Below, piece by piece: positions 17,991 through 28,203 of a DNA stretch of 64,000 bases. Numbering within the stretch: position 1 is the first letter of the stretch; each line of letters opens with the position of its first letter. The translations under genes and the position numbers were made by a program. Source of the DNA: Alphaproteobacteria bacterium (lineage in GTDB: Bacteria; Pseudomonadota; Alphaproteobacteria; Bin95). Below the pieces are notes generated by a model. The model was not told where the DNA came from, made no database searches, and saw only the letters and a program-made list of their open reading frames with translations. The stretch spans positions 1,644,346 to 1,708,345 of the forward strand of contig OZ244951.1 of the NCBI GenBank assembly GCA_965222315.1, read 5' to 3'.

Positions 17991-20339
17991 ATGCCTTCCG
18001 ATACCTATTCCCACCAGCACAATCATGCCGCTGCCGGCGGCTGTCAGGCAGCTGCGCACGATCACAACCACGATCATGCCTGCTGCGGCGCTGACGTTTC
18101 AACGGGATCTCCGGACGCCGCCGGACGCAGTTTTCAGGTCAACGGGCTCGATTGCGTCGAGGAAGTGGCGATCCTGAACCGGGTGGTCGGGCCGGTGGTC
18201 GGTGGCGAGCAGCATCTGGGTTTCGACGTGATCAACGGGCGGATGACCGTACTCGATACGGCCAGTGCGGTCGGCGACGACCGGATCATCAAGGCAGTCA
18301 ACGGCACGGGCATGAGCGCCCGGCCATGGAATGCCGACGATGCCGACGCCGACCGGGCCGCGCATCTTCGCCGACAAAAATGGTTCACGGGCGCCAGCGG
18401 CGGGTTCTGGGCGGCCGGCTTCCTCTGGCACATCGTAGAGACAGGCATGGCCGGCGCGCTTGGGCTGTTCTCCGGGCATGGCGAGGCACCGATTCCCTTG
18501 CCGGAGGCCGGGCTCTTCGGGCTGGCCATCCTGTTTGGGGTCTGGCTGGTCGCACCAAAGGCATGGTCGTCGGCCCGGCGGCTATCGCCCGATATGAATC
18601 TGTTGATGATCATCGCCGTGGCCGGTGCGGTCGGGCTCGGCGAGTATTTCGAAGCGGCGACCGTGGCCTTCTTCTTCTCGCTTTCGCTCTATCTTGAGAG
18701 TTGGAGCATCGGGCGGGCGCGGAACGCGGTCGCAGCACTGCTCGATCTGGCACCGCCAACGGCGAGGGTGATCCGCCCGGACGGCAGTGAGGCGACGGTG
18801 CCGGCCGAACAGGTCGCAGTCGGAGACCGGTTTGCGGTCCGCGGCGGCGACCGTATTCCGCTCGACGGCGAGATAACGGATGGGATGGGCGCGGTCGATC
18901 AGGCACCAATCACGGGTGAGAGCGCGCTAGTCTCCAAAGAGCCCGGCGACACTGTTTATGCCGGCACGATCAATGGCGAAGGTACGCTGATCGTGCGCGC
19001 CACCAAGACGGCGGCGGACACGGTGTTGTCGAAAATCATCCGCATGGTCGGCGACGCCCATTCCCGCCGGGCCGAAGTGGAGCAGTGGGTGACGCGGTTT
19101 GCGCGCGTTTATACTCCGGCCGTCATGGCGCTAGCCGTCCTTATCGCCCTGTTGCCGCCACTCGCCATGGGCGGGGATTGGGGGTTTTGGTTCTATAATG
19201 CGCTGGTGCTGCTGGTCATCGCGTGCCCCTGTGCGCTGGTGATCTCTACGCCCGTTTCCATTGTCGCCGCGCTCACCGCCTCCGCCCGGTCGGGCGTGTT
19301 AATCAAGGGCGGCGCTTACGTGGAGGCTCCTGGCCGAACCACCGCGCTGGCCATGGATAAAACCGGAACCATCACCGAGGGTAGACCGGAAGTTGCCTCC
19401 GTGCATCTGCTTAGCAGCGCCAGCGAAGGAGAGCTCATCGCGATGGCGGCGTCGCTTGAGACGCGCTCTTCACATCCGCTGGCTAGGGCAATTTTAGACC
19501 GTGCCAAACAGGAGGACCTGACGGTCGCGGCAGCGGAGGATACCCGCACGGTGCCGGGGCGTGGGCTGGAAGGGCGATTGAATGGGCGCGCGATCTGGCT
19601 CGGATCGGACCGCTTTGCCACGGAAAAGGGGCTTGGCGACGCGATCCCCGCCGAATTGCGCAACCGGATCGAGGACGCTGGCGCAACGCTGGTCGCCATC
19701 GGTCACGAGGCCGGGGTGGTGGGAGTGCTCGAACTGCGCGACCGCATCCGCCCCGATGCGCGCGGCATCGTGGCAAAGCTGCACGCCCAAGGCGTGAAGA
19801 CCATCGTGATGCTGACGGGCGACAACGAACGCACGGCGCGCGCGGTGGCGGCTGAAGTGGGCATCGACGAGGTACGGGCCGAGCTTCTGCCGGAGGACAA
19901 GGTCACCGCCATCGAGGAGCTGGTGGCCCAGCACGACGTGGTGGCGATGATCGGGGACGGCGTGAATGACGCCCCCGCCATGGCGCGGGCGCACTATGGC
20001 ATCGCCATGGGCGCGGTCGGCTCTGACGCAGCGATCGAGACGGCGGACATCGCTTTGATGACCGACGACATCGGCAAGGTGCCCTGGCTGATCGGCCATT
20101 CGCGCCGCACGATGGGCATCATCCATCAGAACATCGGGATCTCGCTGGCGACGAAAGCGCTGTTCGTCGGGTTGACCGCCTTTGGCATGGCGACAATGTG
20201 GGGCGCTATTGCGGCCGATGTCGGCGTTTCGTTGCTCGTTGTGGCCAATGCACTGCGACTTCTCAATACGAACGAAAGAGAGGCGCCGCCGGCAGAAAGC
20301 GAACACGCGTCAACCGCAGCGCTGGCAGATGGTGGTTGA
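17991..20339 (+). CDS. Heavy-metal P1B-type ATPase, Zn/Cd/Pb (ZntA/CadA-like) class
   Basis: His-rich N-terminus SHQHNHAAAGGCQAAAHDHNHDHACCG. CPC in ACPCALVISTP, DKTGTIT, GDGVNDAP. TM7 Lys (SLATKALF) and TM8 Asp (AADVGVS) as in the Zn/Cd subgroup. GAGG before the ATG at 17991. Confidence 0.85.
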   Translation: MPSDTYSHQHNHAAAGGCQAAAHDHNHDHACCGADVSTGSPDAAGRSFQVNGLDCVEEVAILNRVVGPVVGGEQHLGFDVINGRMTVLDTASAVGDDRIIKAVNGTGMSARPWNADDADADRAAHLRRQKWFTGASGGFWAAGFLWHIVETGMAGALGLFSGHGEAPIPLPEAGLFGLAILFGVWLVAPKAWSSARRLSPDMNLLMIIAVAGAVGLGEYFEAATVAFFFSLSLYLESWSIGRARNAVAALLDLAPPTARVIRPDGSEATVPAEQVAVGDRFAVRGGDRIPLDGEITDGMGAVDQAPITGESALVSKEPGDTVYAGTINGEGTLIVRATKTAADTVLSKIIRMVGDAHSRRAEVEQWVTRFARVYTPAVMALAVLIALLPPLAMGGDWGFWFYNALVLLVIACPCALVISTPVSIVAALTASARSGVLIKGGAYVEAPGRTTALAMDKTGTITEGRPEVASVHLLSSASEGELIAMAASLETRSSHPLARAILDRAKQEDLTVAAAEDTRTVPGRGLEGRLNGRAIWLGSDRFATEKGLGDAIPAELRNRIEDAGATLVAIGHEAGVVGVLELRDRIRPDARGIVAKLHAQGVKTIVMLTGDNERTARAVAAEVGIDEVRAELLPEDKVTAIEELVAQHDVVAMIGDGVNDAPAMARAHYGIAMGAVGSDAAIETADIALMTDDIGKVPWLIGHSRRTMGIIHQNIGISLATKALFVGLTAFGMATMWGAIAADVGVSLLVVANALRLLNTNEREAPPAESEHASTAALADGG

Positions 20340-20348
20340 GTTTATGGA

Positions 20349-21107
20349 TTAGGAGAACCGTCGACGGAGCGCGACGTTCATCGCTTCAATCACGACGACC
20401 ATCACTATTACGGCAAGGGTGACGCTCGCCGCCTTGTCGTACTGGAAGGAGCGGACATAAGTCTGGATATAAAACCCAATCCCCCCGGCGCCGACAATAC
20501 CTAGGACCAGCGACTCTCGCAGGTTCAACTCGAAGCGGAAGATCGTGTCGCGGGCCACGACGGGCGCCATTTGCGGCCAAATCGCATAGCGCAACCGCAA
20601 TAGCGGCCCGGCGCCCGCACTTTCCAGTGCCGTCAACGGCGCGCGCGCCACTCCGTCGATGGCCTCAGCATAGAATTTTGCCAGCATTCCCGTGGCGTGA
20701 AAGGCGACCGCGATAATGCCCGGCAAGGGACCGAGGCCGACCGCACCGACCATCAGCATGGCGACAAGGATCAGGGGTATCGCCCGGATCAGCGCGAGAA
20801 GAGGACGCACCGTTCGGTGGACTGCCGCCGGCGCCATCGTCTCGGAGGCCAGAATACCCAGCGGCACCGACAGCAGAACAGCACCGAGTGTGCCAAGAAT
20901 GGCGATGCGCATCGTCTCTGCACCGCCCTTGAGAATTTCCGCCATTACCGATGGGCTGGGCGGGAACATCCTATCCAGGAAGTCGACGATCCGCGGGCCG
21001 GCCGTTAGCAGGCGCGAGAGCTCGACATCGGTAGTGGCAACCGACCAGAGCACGGCGCTGGCGACGAGCGCGCCTGCCACGAAACCCGAAACACCGCGCC
21101 CGCGCAT
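20349..21107 (-). CDS. phnE: PhnE-like ABC transporter permease
   Basis: 252 aa, multi-TM. PhnE-type motifs ETMRIAILGTLGAVLLSVPLGILA and GIVGAGGIGFYI. Start overlaps the phnC-like stop. Confidence 0.75.
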   Translation of the reverse strand: MRGRGVSGFVAGALVASAVLWSVATTDVELSRLLTAGPRIVDFLDRMFPPSPSVMAEILKGGAETMRIAILGTLGAVLLSVPLGILASETMAPAAVHRTVRPLLALIRAIPLILVAMLMVGAVGLGPLPGIIAVAFHATGMLAKFYAEAIDGVARAPLTALESAGAGPLLRLRYAIWPQMAPVVARDTIFRFELNLRESLVLGIVGAGGIGFYIQTYVRSFQYDKAASVTLAVIVMVVVIEAMNVALRRRFS

Positions 21108-21889
21108 CAGTGCACAACCTGAAGCTGCCTACCCGGCACAGGGTCCGTGTCGCGATAAAGCTCGGCTGTTGCATCGCCGGTCACAGCCGACGCGGAAATG
21201 TCGAAGACCACCCGACCATTGCGTATGCCGATGACCCGTTCGGCAAAGCGTTTGGCAAGTTCCGGCTGATGCGACGAGAATATGGTGGTCGCGCCGCGCG
21301 CCCGGCCTGCGCCGGTCAGAAATGTCAGGATCTCTGCCGCTCGCGTCGGGTCGAGATTGCTTACCGGCTCGTCCGCCAGAATGAGGCGTGGCTCCTGGGC
21401 AAGGCAACGGGCAATCGCGACCCTCTGGCGCTGGCCGCCACTGAGGGAATCTACCCGCCTTCCAGCAAGGTCTGCTATGCCGCAATCGGAGAGGGTAGCC
21501 TGCACTACGGCAAGGTCCGTGCCGGTCGGCTGTCCAAACAAGGCACGCAGCGGTGACATCCGGCCGAGCCGGCCATTTAGAACATTGCGCAGCACCGTCG
21601 CTCGCTCGACCAGCGCGAATTCCTGGAAAACAAAGCCGGTGTCGGGGCGCCGTTCGCGTGGCGGAGGGTGGGTGGGAGAGAGCGGCAGGCCGCATACGGA
21701 GACATGGCCTCGCCACCCACGAAGCTGGCCGTCGAGAAGACCCAGCAGCGTCGTCTTTCCGGCGCCGGACGGCCCAAGAAGTGCGACGGATTCGCCTTCT
21801 TTTATGGAGATAGAGACACATTCCAACGCCGGCAATTCCCCGCTCGCATGGGAGAAGCTCAGCTCGTCGATCTGAACAGCGGCCGTCAT
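21107..21889 (-). CDS. phnC: PhnC-like ABC transporter ATP-binding protein
   Basis: Walker A LLGPSGAGKTTLL, signature LSGGQRQRVAIARCL, Walker B LILADEP. Confidence 0.8.
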   Translation of the reverse strand: MTAAVQIDELSFSHASGELPALECVSISIKEGESVALLGPSGAGKTTLLGLLDGQLRGWRGHVSVCGLPLSPTHPPPRERRPDTGFVFQEFALVERATVLRNVLNGRLGRMSPLRALFGQPTGTDLAVVQATLSDCGIADLAGRRVDSLSGGQRQRVAIARCLAQEPRLILADEPVSNLDPTRAAEILTFLTGAGRARGATTIFSSHQPELAKRFAERVIGIRNGRVVFDISASAVTGDATAELYRDTDPVPGRQLQVVH

Positions 21890-22764
21890 TCGAGCAATCC
21901 ATAGCGCCGTGCCATGTCGCGCACACCCTCATACGTGGATGGATTGGCGATGACATAGCCGTCGGGTCCGTAAAGGTAACGCAGCTTGTCGCTATGCTCG
22001 GGCGCATTCAGCTTCATCATAGCGCCCACGAACCGATCTCTGAGCCTAGCGTCGAGACCGGGGCGCGCGATCACCACATGGCTCGGGATCTTGGGGCTCT
22101 CGGCGATCCAGGTCACTTGCGGCTGCTGCTCCGGTGTCAGCAGAAGATCGGCATACTGGCTGGCGCCCGCCGCATTGACCAACCCTTCGGCCATGGCCTG
22201 CATCGCCTGCTGGTAGCCGCCAGCAAAAAAGATCCGTCCGAAGAAGTCTTCGGCTGCCTGCGGGCCGGCTATCAGCCCAGCGCGCTCGAATTCCGCAAGT
22301 GGGTACAGGTAGCCCGATTCCGAGATCGGGTCGGCGAAGGCGATATCGCTGCCGCGTAGGTCGGCAAGCGTTTCGATACCGCTGTCGCGGCGCACGAAAA
22401 TTCGTCCCGTGTAATACGGCTCGCCGCGATAGACTTCGGAGAGCAACGGTACCGCGCCGATCTCAGCCTCCGCCAGCACGAACGGCAGCGCGCCCATGAA
22501 CGAGATGTCGGCATCCTTGTTTCGCAAGGCCTCGACGGCGGCGGCGTGATCGATTGTCACGAACCCTTCGACCGGCACGCCGATCTGCTGCGACAGCCAA
22601 CCGGAAATGGCGTCGATGTCGCCAAGCAGCTTTTCCGGGTTTTCCTGCGGGATAAAGGCGAGCCGCAGCCTGTCTGACTGCGCGAATGCGGGGCGCAACC
22701 CGGTGACCAAGAGCATGCCCAACGCGGCCTTCAGAACGTGTCGTCGGTTCACAAAATGCGTCAT
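21886..22764 (-). CDS. phnD: PhnD-family periplasmic substrate-binding protein
   Basis: Signal MTHFVNRRHVLKAALGMLLVTGLRPAFAQ. FIPQENPEKL, DISFMGALPFV, SESGYLYP. Start set at 22764, where the ATG overlaps the upstream stop (TGATG). Confidence 0.75.
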   Translation of the reverse strand: MTHFVNRRHVLKAALGMLLVTGLRPAFAQSDRLRLAFIPQENPEKLLGDIDAISGWLSQQIGVPVEGFVTIDHAAAVEALRNKDADISFMGALPFVLAEAEIGAVPLLSEVYRGEPYYTGRIFVRRDSGIETLADLRGSDIAFADPISESGYLYPLAEFERAGLIAGPQAAEDFFGRIFFAGGYQQAMQAMAEGLVNAAGASQYADLLLTPEQQPQVTWIAESPKIPSHVVIARPGLDARLRDRFVGAMMKLNAPEHSDKLRYLYGPDGYVIANPSTYEGVRDMARRYGLLE

Positions 22765-24662
22765 CAGTAAACCCTTTCGTCGATCGCTTTGGCCTCGGCC
22801 TTGAACTTGGTCCAATGTGCTTCTGCGGTCTCCCAGTCATCGGCTCGTACAGCGTCGCCGACCGCAAAAAGGATTTCGGCGATCCGGTAGATCTCGGGTC
22901 GGGCGCTCTGGTTCGACATGATGCCCGCATCCGCAGCAAGGTCCGCGGAGACCGTGTCGATCAGCAGCAGCGTATGTTCCGCGTCACGGGCGGGCAGCAG
23001 GGTATTGAGGGTCGAGGCGAAGGTGGTAAGTTCCTCGAAGGCAAGGCGGAATGGGGTGTTGCGCTCATCAAACGACTCATAAGGCTCGTCCGCAGCGCCA
23101 ACGGCCTCAAGATACGCAGTCAGGTCGGACCGCTCCCCCTCGGATAGCCCAAGCGATTTTGTATTGTTGAACCAGTCCACGACGCTGGCCAGCGTCGGTA
23201 GCGAGCCGTCATGGAAATAAGGCGCGGTATAGGCAGTGCCCAGCAGCGTTGGCGTGTCGAACGTGCCCGCGCGTGCCCCCTCGTAAGATTCACCGCCCGA
23301 CCCGATATTGTAGGCCTGTCGGTCGAAGAAGTTGGCCGACGGGATGTGGCAGCTGGCACAAGATTGGTCGCCGAGCCCGGCCATGGGCCGCTTGAAGATC
23401 TTTTCGCCACGCCGTGCCGCCGCCGGCGCCCGATCGCTCAGCGCACCTTCGGCCGTCACCATCGCATTCGGCAGGAAATCGAACTCAAGCATGTAGGCCA
23501 CCAGGGCATCCAGCATGAAGGGCGTGGGCTCCTCGCCGTCGAATTCGTTGACGATCACATTGCGCGTGAAATCGCGGAGCGACGCGAAACGGCCATCGCG
23601 GCCGTAGGGGCCGGTAAAGCGCAGACCGCGGAGGCTGGGTATATCGATCGAATCCGCCCGCCTGTCGTTGAACAGCGGGTTGAAATAGGCCCCGTCTACA
23701 TCCGCCGCTCCCGGTTGGTGGCTGACGCCCGGGATAAAGAAGCGGTTATTAATATCCGAGCGGTTGTGGCACATCGAACAGGTAATGCCGAGTTCGCTTG
23801 CCGGTGCACCGAAGATTTCGGGGCTATCGAACAACATGTCCCCATAGGCGATTAGCGGAAGGTCGCTTTCGTCGATCCCCTGTTCCTCGAAATTGAGCAC
23901 GAGTCGTGGCAGGGGATCCTGATCGAAGATGTCAGATCCGGGCGGCAGGGTAGCGGGCAGATTCACGGTACGCCCGGTTCGGACAACGGTCTCGGGGATC
24001 GCACTCAGCACCCTGCGCTGTGCGAATGATTCACGCAGGTAGTTTTCGGCCAGATAGGCCGAGATCGTGTTTCGCGCCTCCGCCATCCGCGCGGTGTCTG
24101 GCGGCACGGCCCCAACTCCCAGAACTCCGGCCGAGCCGGTGGCGCTGGCAAGTTCCAGCCAGGCTCGGCCGAGCGTCCTTGCATTCTCCGGATCGGCCGC
24201 TGCGAGATGGTCAGCAAAGGCGCGGTAAAGCTCCCGCGCCTCGGCCACGGCGCGTTGTGCCCCGGCAGGGGAGTCTGCACCCATCGTCCGGTCGAGTTGT
24301 TCCTCGATCCGCCCTGCTACCAGCCGGGTCGCGGCCGCGAACAGAGCTTCCAGGTTCTCCGATTCAATCGCGTTTCTCAGCGCATTAGGACTAACGCTGC
24401 TTTGCTTCGCAATACGCTCAAGTGGGCCCGCGGTGAAATCAGATCCTCGATAGGGCTCTTCCCACGCGCGGGTGATGGCCTGCCACGGAACCGGTGCCAG
24501 GTTTCCGTAATGCAAGGTCAACCGATAGGCCGCAGCCTCGGGCAGCCAAGGCGCCTCTTTCGCCGGTGTGGCGCGCGCCGGTGATCCCGCCATCATGATA
24601 GAGACGAGCAACGCCAGCGCGACGATCGCGGTCGGTCGGATGGATTCTCGCCGCAACTCCAT
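22764..24662 (-). CDS. Di-haem cytochrome c peroxidase/MauG-family protein with ~250-aa N-terminal extension (632 aa)
   Basis: Two CXXCH motifs (CSMCH, CASCH). FDTPTLLGTAYTAPYFHDGSLPTL is typical of the CCP family. N-terminal signal peptide. Translationally coupled to the phnD-like gene. Confidence 0.75.
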   Translation of the reverse strand: MELRRESIRPTAIVALALLVSIMMAGSPARATPAKEAPWLPEAAAYRLTLHYGNLAPVPWQAITRAWEEPYRGSDFTAGPLERIAKQSSVSPNALRNAIESENLEALFAAATRLVAGRIEEQLDRTMGADSPAGAQRAVAEARELYRAFADHLAAADPENARTLGRAWLELASATGSAGVLGVGAVPPDTARMAEARNTISAYLAENYLRESFAQRRVLSAIPETVVRTGRTVNLPATLPPGSDIFDQDPLPRLVLNFEEQGIDESDLPLIAYGDMLFDSPEIFGAPASELGITCSMCHNRSDINNRFFIPGVSHQPGAADVDGAYFNPLFNDRRADSIDIPSLRGLRFTGPYGRDGRFASLRDFTRNVIVNEFDGEEPTPFMLDALVAYMLEFDFLPNAMVTAEGALSDRAPAAARRGEKIFKRPMAGLGDQSCASCHIPSANFFDRQAYNIGSGGESYEGARAGTFDTPTLLGTAYTAPYFHDGSLPTLASVVDWFNNTKSLGLSEGERSDLTAYLEAVGAADEPYESFDERNTPFRLAFEELTTFASTLNTLLPARDAEHTLLLIDTVSADLAADAGIMSNQSARPEIYRIAEILFAVGDAVRADDWETAEAHWTKFKAEAKAIDERVY

Positions 24663-24745
24663 TGTAGCCGGCTCCCTATTTATTAGCCGAGGCTGAATTT
24701 ATAAGCCATGGGCAGAGAATTGTCGATCATCTAAAGACAGGCCGC

Positions 24746-24871
24746 ATGGAGGTTTCGGACGCGAAGCGGCTGAAGCAGCTAGAAGACGAGAATGCCCGGC
24801 TGAAGAAGCTGCTGGCCGAGCAGATGATGGACGTCTCGACGCTGCGCGAGATGCTCGGAAAAAACTTCTGA
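24746..24871 (+). pseudogene. IS3-family orfA 3' fragment
   Basis: [41 protein letters not shown] (leucine-zipper end of orfA). Confidence 0.65.
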
Positions 24872-24894
24872 CGCCGGGTTCCCGGAGGAATGCC

Positions 24895-25710
24895 GTGAGC
24901 TGGGCAATCGAAACAAGAGGCTACTCGCAACGGCGCGCCTGCGCCCTGGTGGGCCTGTCGCCGAAAACCTACCGGTACGTGTCCAGGCGGCCGGACGATG
25001 ACGCGCTGCGGCAAGAGTTAAGACGGCTTGCGGATGAACGCCGCCGTTTCGGCTACTGGCGCCTGCACCTGCTGCTGCGCCGCCAGGGCTATGAGGCGAA
25101 CCATAAGCGCATCTTCCGGATCTATCGCGAGGAAAAGCTCGCAGTCCGCCGGCGCGGCGGCCGCAAGCGGGCGCTGGGGACACGAGCGCCGATGGCAATC
25201 CCGCAAGGCCGGAACCATCGTTGGTCGACCGACTTCATCCACGACGTGCTGGTCGACGGACGGCGCTTCCGGGTGCTGGCGGTCGTAGACGACTTCACGC
25301 GGGAGTGCCTGGCGCTGGTGGCCGATACTTCTCTGTCGGGCCAGCGCGTTGCCCGTGAGTTGGATCGGCTTGTCGAATGGCGAGGGACCCCCTGCATGAT
25401 CGTGTCCGACAACGGCACGGAGTTTACGTCGAACGCGATCCTGCGATGGGCTGACTGCGCCCAAGTCGAATGGCACTACATCGCTCCGGGAAAGCCGACC
25501 GACAATGCCTTCATCGAAAGCTTCAACGGCAAGTTCCGGGCCGAGTGTCTGAACGCCCACTGGTTCATGAGCCTTGACGATGCGCGGCGAAAAATGGAGG
25601 ACTGGCGTAGAGACTACAACGAGGTTCGTCCCCACAGCGCCATCGGCAACAAACCGCCGGCAGCGCTGCAACCCGGGCTCAGCAGGCTACCGCCAGCAAG
25701 GCCCAATTAA
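24895..25710 (+). CDS. IS3-family orfB (DDE transposase), open frame
   Basis: [27 protein letters not shown]...[10 protein letters not shown]...[10 protein letters not shown]...[11 protein letters not shown]...[17 protein letters not shown]...[15 protein letters not shown]. Confidence 0.8.
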   Translation: MSWAIETRGYSQRRACALVGLSPKTYRYVSRRPDDDALRQELRRLADERRRFGYWRLHLLLRRQGYEANHKRIFRIYREEKLAVRRRGGRKRALGTRAPMAIPQGRNHRWSTDFIHDVLVDGRRFRVLAVVDDFTRECLALVADTSLSGQRVARELDRLVEWRGTPCMIVSDNGTEFTSNAILRWADCAQVEWHYIAPGKPTDNAFIESFNGKFRAECLNAHWFMSLDDARRKMEDWRRDYNEVRPHSAIGNKPPAALQPGLSRLPPARPN

Positions 25711-25768
25711 CCCCCACGAGGTCCCAGCCGAGCGGACCAAAAACGGGGAGCGGGTCAGAAGAATTCAG

Positions 25769-26188
25769 ATGACGACAATCGCATCTTCGAAAGCGGGCGC
25801 GTTTTCGATTGGCGATCTGTGCAAGCGAACCGGAGTCAACATCGAGACGATCCGATATTACGAACGCATCGATCTCCTGCCTGCCGCGCCGCGCACCGTT
25901 GGCGGTCGGCGAAGCTACGCAGAAAGCCATGTCCGGGTGCTGACGTTCATTCGGCGGAGCCGTGAGCTTGGTTTTCCCATTGGCGACATCCGAACGTTAC
26001 TCGGATTAGCGGAACCGGAAGACACGTCCTGCGCCGAGGTCGAGAAGATCGCCCGCGCTCATCTGGATAGCGTCAGATCGAAGATCGCCGGCCTGACGAG
26101 GCTGGAGCGGATCCTAAGCGAAACCGTATCCCAATGTGGAGGCGATGACGCGCCGTCTTGCCCTGAGTTGGATGTGCTCAGCGCATAG
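25769..26188 (+). CDS. MerR-family metal sensor, divalent-type (no. 1)
   Basis: HTH FSIGDLCKRTGVNIETIRYYERIDLL. Cys at the ZntR-C79-equivalent position (EDTSCAEVE). C-x7-C loop QCGGDDAPSC. Confidence 0.75.
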   Translation: MTTIASSKAGAFSIGDLCKRTGVNIETIRYYERIDLLPAAPRTVGGRRSYAESHVRVLTFIRRSRELGFPIGDIRTLLGLAEPEDTSCAEVEKIARAHLDSVRSKIAGLTRLERILSETVSQCGGDDAPSCPELDVLSA

Positions 26189-26322
26189 CGGTTTTGAACC
26201 GGGGATTTGGTTCTGCCAATAAGGACCATTAAATTCGAGAATCGTAACGGCGCAAACTTGTAGATCCGCAACAAGTAGGTAGTCGCCTGAACCGCTCGTC
26301 TTTTGAAAGCAATGCTGTCCGG

Positions 26323-26823
26323 TCAAGACGCGTGGGACCGACGCGAGATAGTTGGTGACAGGACCAGCAGCGCTAAGCCTGTCACGACGGCAACATCGGC
26401 GAAATTGAACGCGGGCCAATGGTATTTGCCGACGTAGAAGTCCAGAAAGTCTGTTACGGCTCCGAGACGCATCCGGTCGACGACATTGCCGAGCGCGCCA
26501 CCAATGATCAGGCCGCATCCGACGGCTTCCCACGTCTGCTTTGCGCGCCACATCATCGACGCTATCCAAATCGAAATCGCCAGCGCCGCAACACTTAGAA
26601 TCCAAGAGGGGACCTGATTGAACAGGCCAAAACTGATGCCGTAATTACGCAGGAAGATCAGGTTGAAACCAGAGAATACCGGAATGCCTTCCGCTAGACG
26701 GGCAGCATTCGCTGTCACGAAGCCCTTAGTAAGCTGATCGAGCAACAATGCGGCGGCCAAGGCCGAAATGCCCGCCAAACGGCTCGATTTGGTTTTCACC
26801 AGCAAGGCTTCGTTGTGAGGCAT
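26323..26823 (-). CDS. lspA: Lipoprotein signal peptidase (signal peptidase II)
   Basis: FNLIFLRNYGISFGLF and GGALGNVVDRMRLGAVTDFLDF...WPAFNFADVAV. Confidence 0.85.
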   Translation of the reverse strand: MPHNEALLVKTKSSRLAGISALAAALLLDQLTKGFVTANAARLAEGIPVFSGFNLIFLRNYGISFGLFNQVPSWILSVAALAISIWIASMMWRAKQTWEAVGCGLIIGGALGNVVDRMRLGAVTDFLDFYVGKYHWPAFNFADVAVVTGLALLVLSPTISRRSHAS

Positions 26824-26889
26824 AGCTCAAACAGGACCTTGAACCAATGATGGTAGCCGCTTGCTGTGACGGGTAAATTTGGGCACGTG

Positions 26890-28203
26890 TTAGAGTGGTC
26901 CACCAAAGGCATTCTTCGTCAGTCTTTCCTCCAGCCGTACCCGGGCGTCTTTTAGCTGGCCAATCAGCAGGGTCTGCTGCGCTTCTGTCTCCGTTACGGA
27001 CGCGAGACGGTCGTCCAACAGAGGGTCGGTTGGTCGGCCATTGACACGCACCTCGTAATGCAAGTTGGGGCCCGTTGCGGTACCCGTGGCGCCTACATTG
27101 CCGATGACATCGCCCGCCGCAACACGGGCGCCGATCGAGATTCCCTCCGCCGTTGCACTCAAATGCGCGTAGCGGGTCATGATATTTGCTCCGTGAGCGA
27201 TCTCGACGACGCGGCCGAAGCCACCGCGCCGACCGATGAAGCTTATGCGGCCAGGCGCAGTCGCGCGAACAGGTGCGCCGCGCGCGGCTGCAAAATCAAC
27301 GCCAGTATGCACTCGGACATTGCCATATATCGGGTGGCGGCGGCGGCCGAAAACCGAGCTCAGCCGCGCGCCCTCCACCGGCTGGGCGAAGGTGAGCATT
27401 ACCTCTCCATCGCGAAAGATTGCAGCGCGGCCGGAGGCATCCTCGGGCCAAACGACCTCATAGAGAGCGTCGCCGAGATCAAGGGCCGCAAAGGTGATCT
27501 CGGGTTGTCCCACGATCTCGTTGCCCACGCGGGTCTCCCGCCAAATTAGACGCAGGATCTCGCCACCCGAAAGATCACGCCGGAAATCCACGGTACCGCC
27601 GAGCACCTGCGCCAGATCGGTCGCGAAACGCACCGGCAGCCCAGCTTCGTCTAGCGCAGCGAAAATCGAACTGTCGATGCGCGCCTCTCCGGCCACGGAA
27701 AATTGCTCCTGATCGGGTTCCACAATGCGTGTCGCTATGCGGTTACGACCGTCGAAGAACGCCTCAATCCGCACGCCGTCTTCGAACTTCAGTATGACAT
27801 GTCGCGGCGCGCCATCCGGTGTGACTGACGTTATGACGAGGTCTCCAGGCCGCAGCCGCCGCAGATCGTATTCCGCGCCTAAGGCGAGCGCGGTTTCGTG
27901 GCGGTCGGAAACCGCGAGGCCGGCCTCTGCCAAAACCCAGTCAAGCGTCTCGCCGCGTGCAATCTCGCGCGATACAGTGACGAGTTGCGTTTCGCTTGCC
28001 GACCGGGAAGTGTCCACCTCGCTCATCGCTGACCGAGCCGAACTGAGGCTATTTGGAACGGGACTCGGTTGCATGGCAGCGTTTTCGACGGCGGATGCGC
28101 TGGCCGGTTCCGGCGGCACTGGGGCTTTGGACATTGCGCCTGAGGCTGCCATCGATGCGCCCAAAGCGGCCATCATCCCGGCAGTCAGTATTTTCATCCT
28201 CAT
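26890..28203 (-). CDS. M23-family metallopeptidase (exported)
   Basis: HTGVDFAAARGAPVRA...GGFGRVVEIAHG...YAHLS...GATGTATGPNLHYEVRVNG. N-terminal signal peptide. Confidence 0.85.
   Translation of the reverse strand: MRMKILTAGMMAALGASMAASGAMSKAPVPPEPASASAVENAAMQPSPVPNSLSSARSAMSEVDTSRSASETQLVTVSREIARGETLDWVLAEAGLAVSDRHETALALGAEYDLRRLRPGDLVITSVTPDGAPRHVILKFEDGVRIEAFFDGRNRIATRIVEPDQEQFSVAGEARIDSSIFAALDEAGLPVRFATDLAQVLGGTVDFRRDLSGGEILRLIWRETRVGNEIVGQPEITFAALDLGDALYEVVWPEDASGRAAIFRDGEVMLTFAQPVEGARLSSVFGRRRHPIYGNVRVHTGVDFAAARGAPVRATAPGRISFIGRRGGFGRVVEIAHGANIMTRYAHLSATAEGISIGARVAAGDVIGNVGATGTATGPNLHYEVRVNGRPTDPLLDDRLASVTETEAQQTLLIGQLKDARVRLEERLTKNAFGGPL

Larger units (their letters stand above)
24727..25765 (+). 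mobile_element. IS3-family element, copy c (5'-truncated); boundaries approximate
   Basis: Only the last ~41 codons of orfA remain (A AAA AAC slippery site present). orfB reading frame is complete. Confidence 0.7.
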
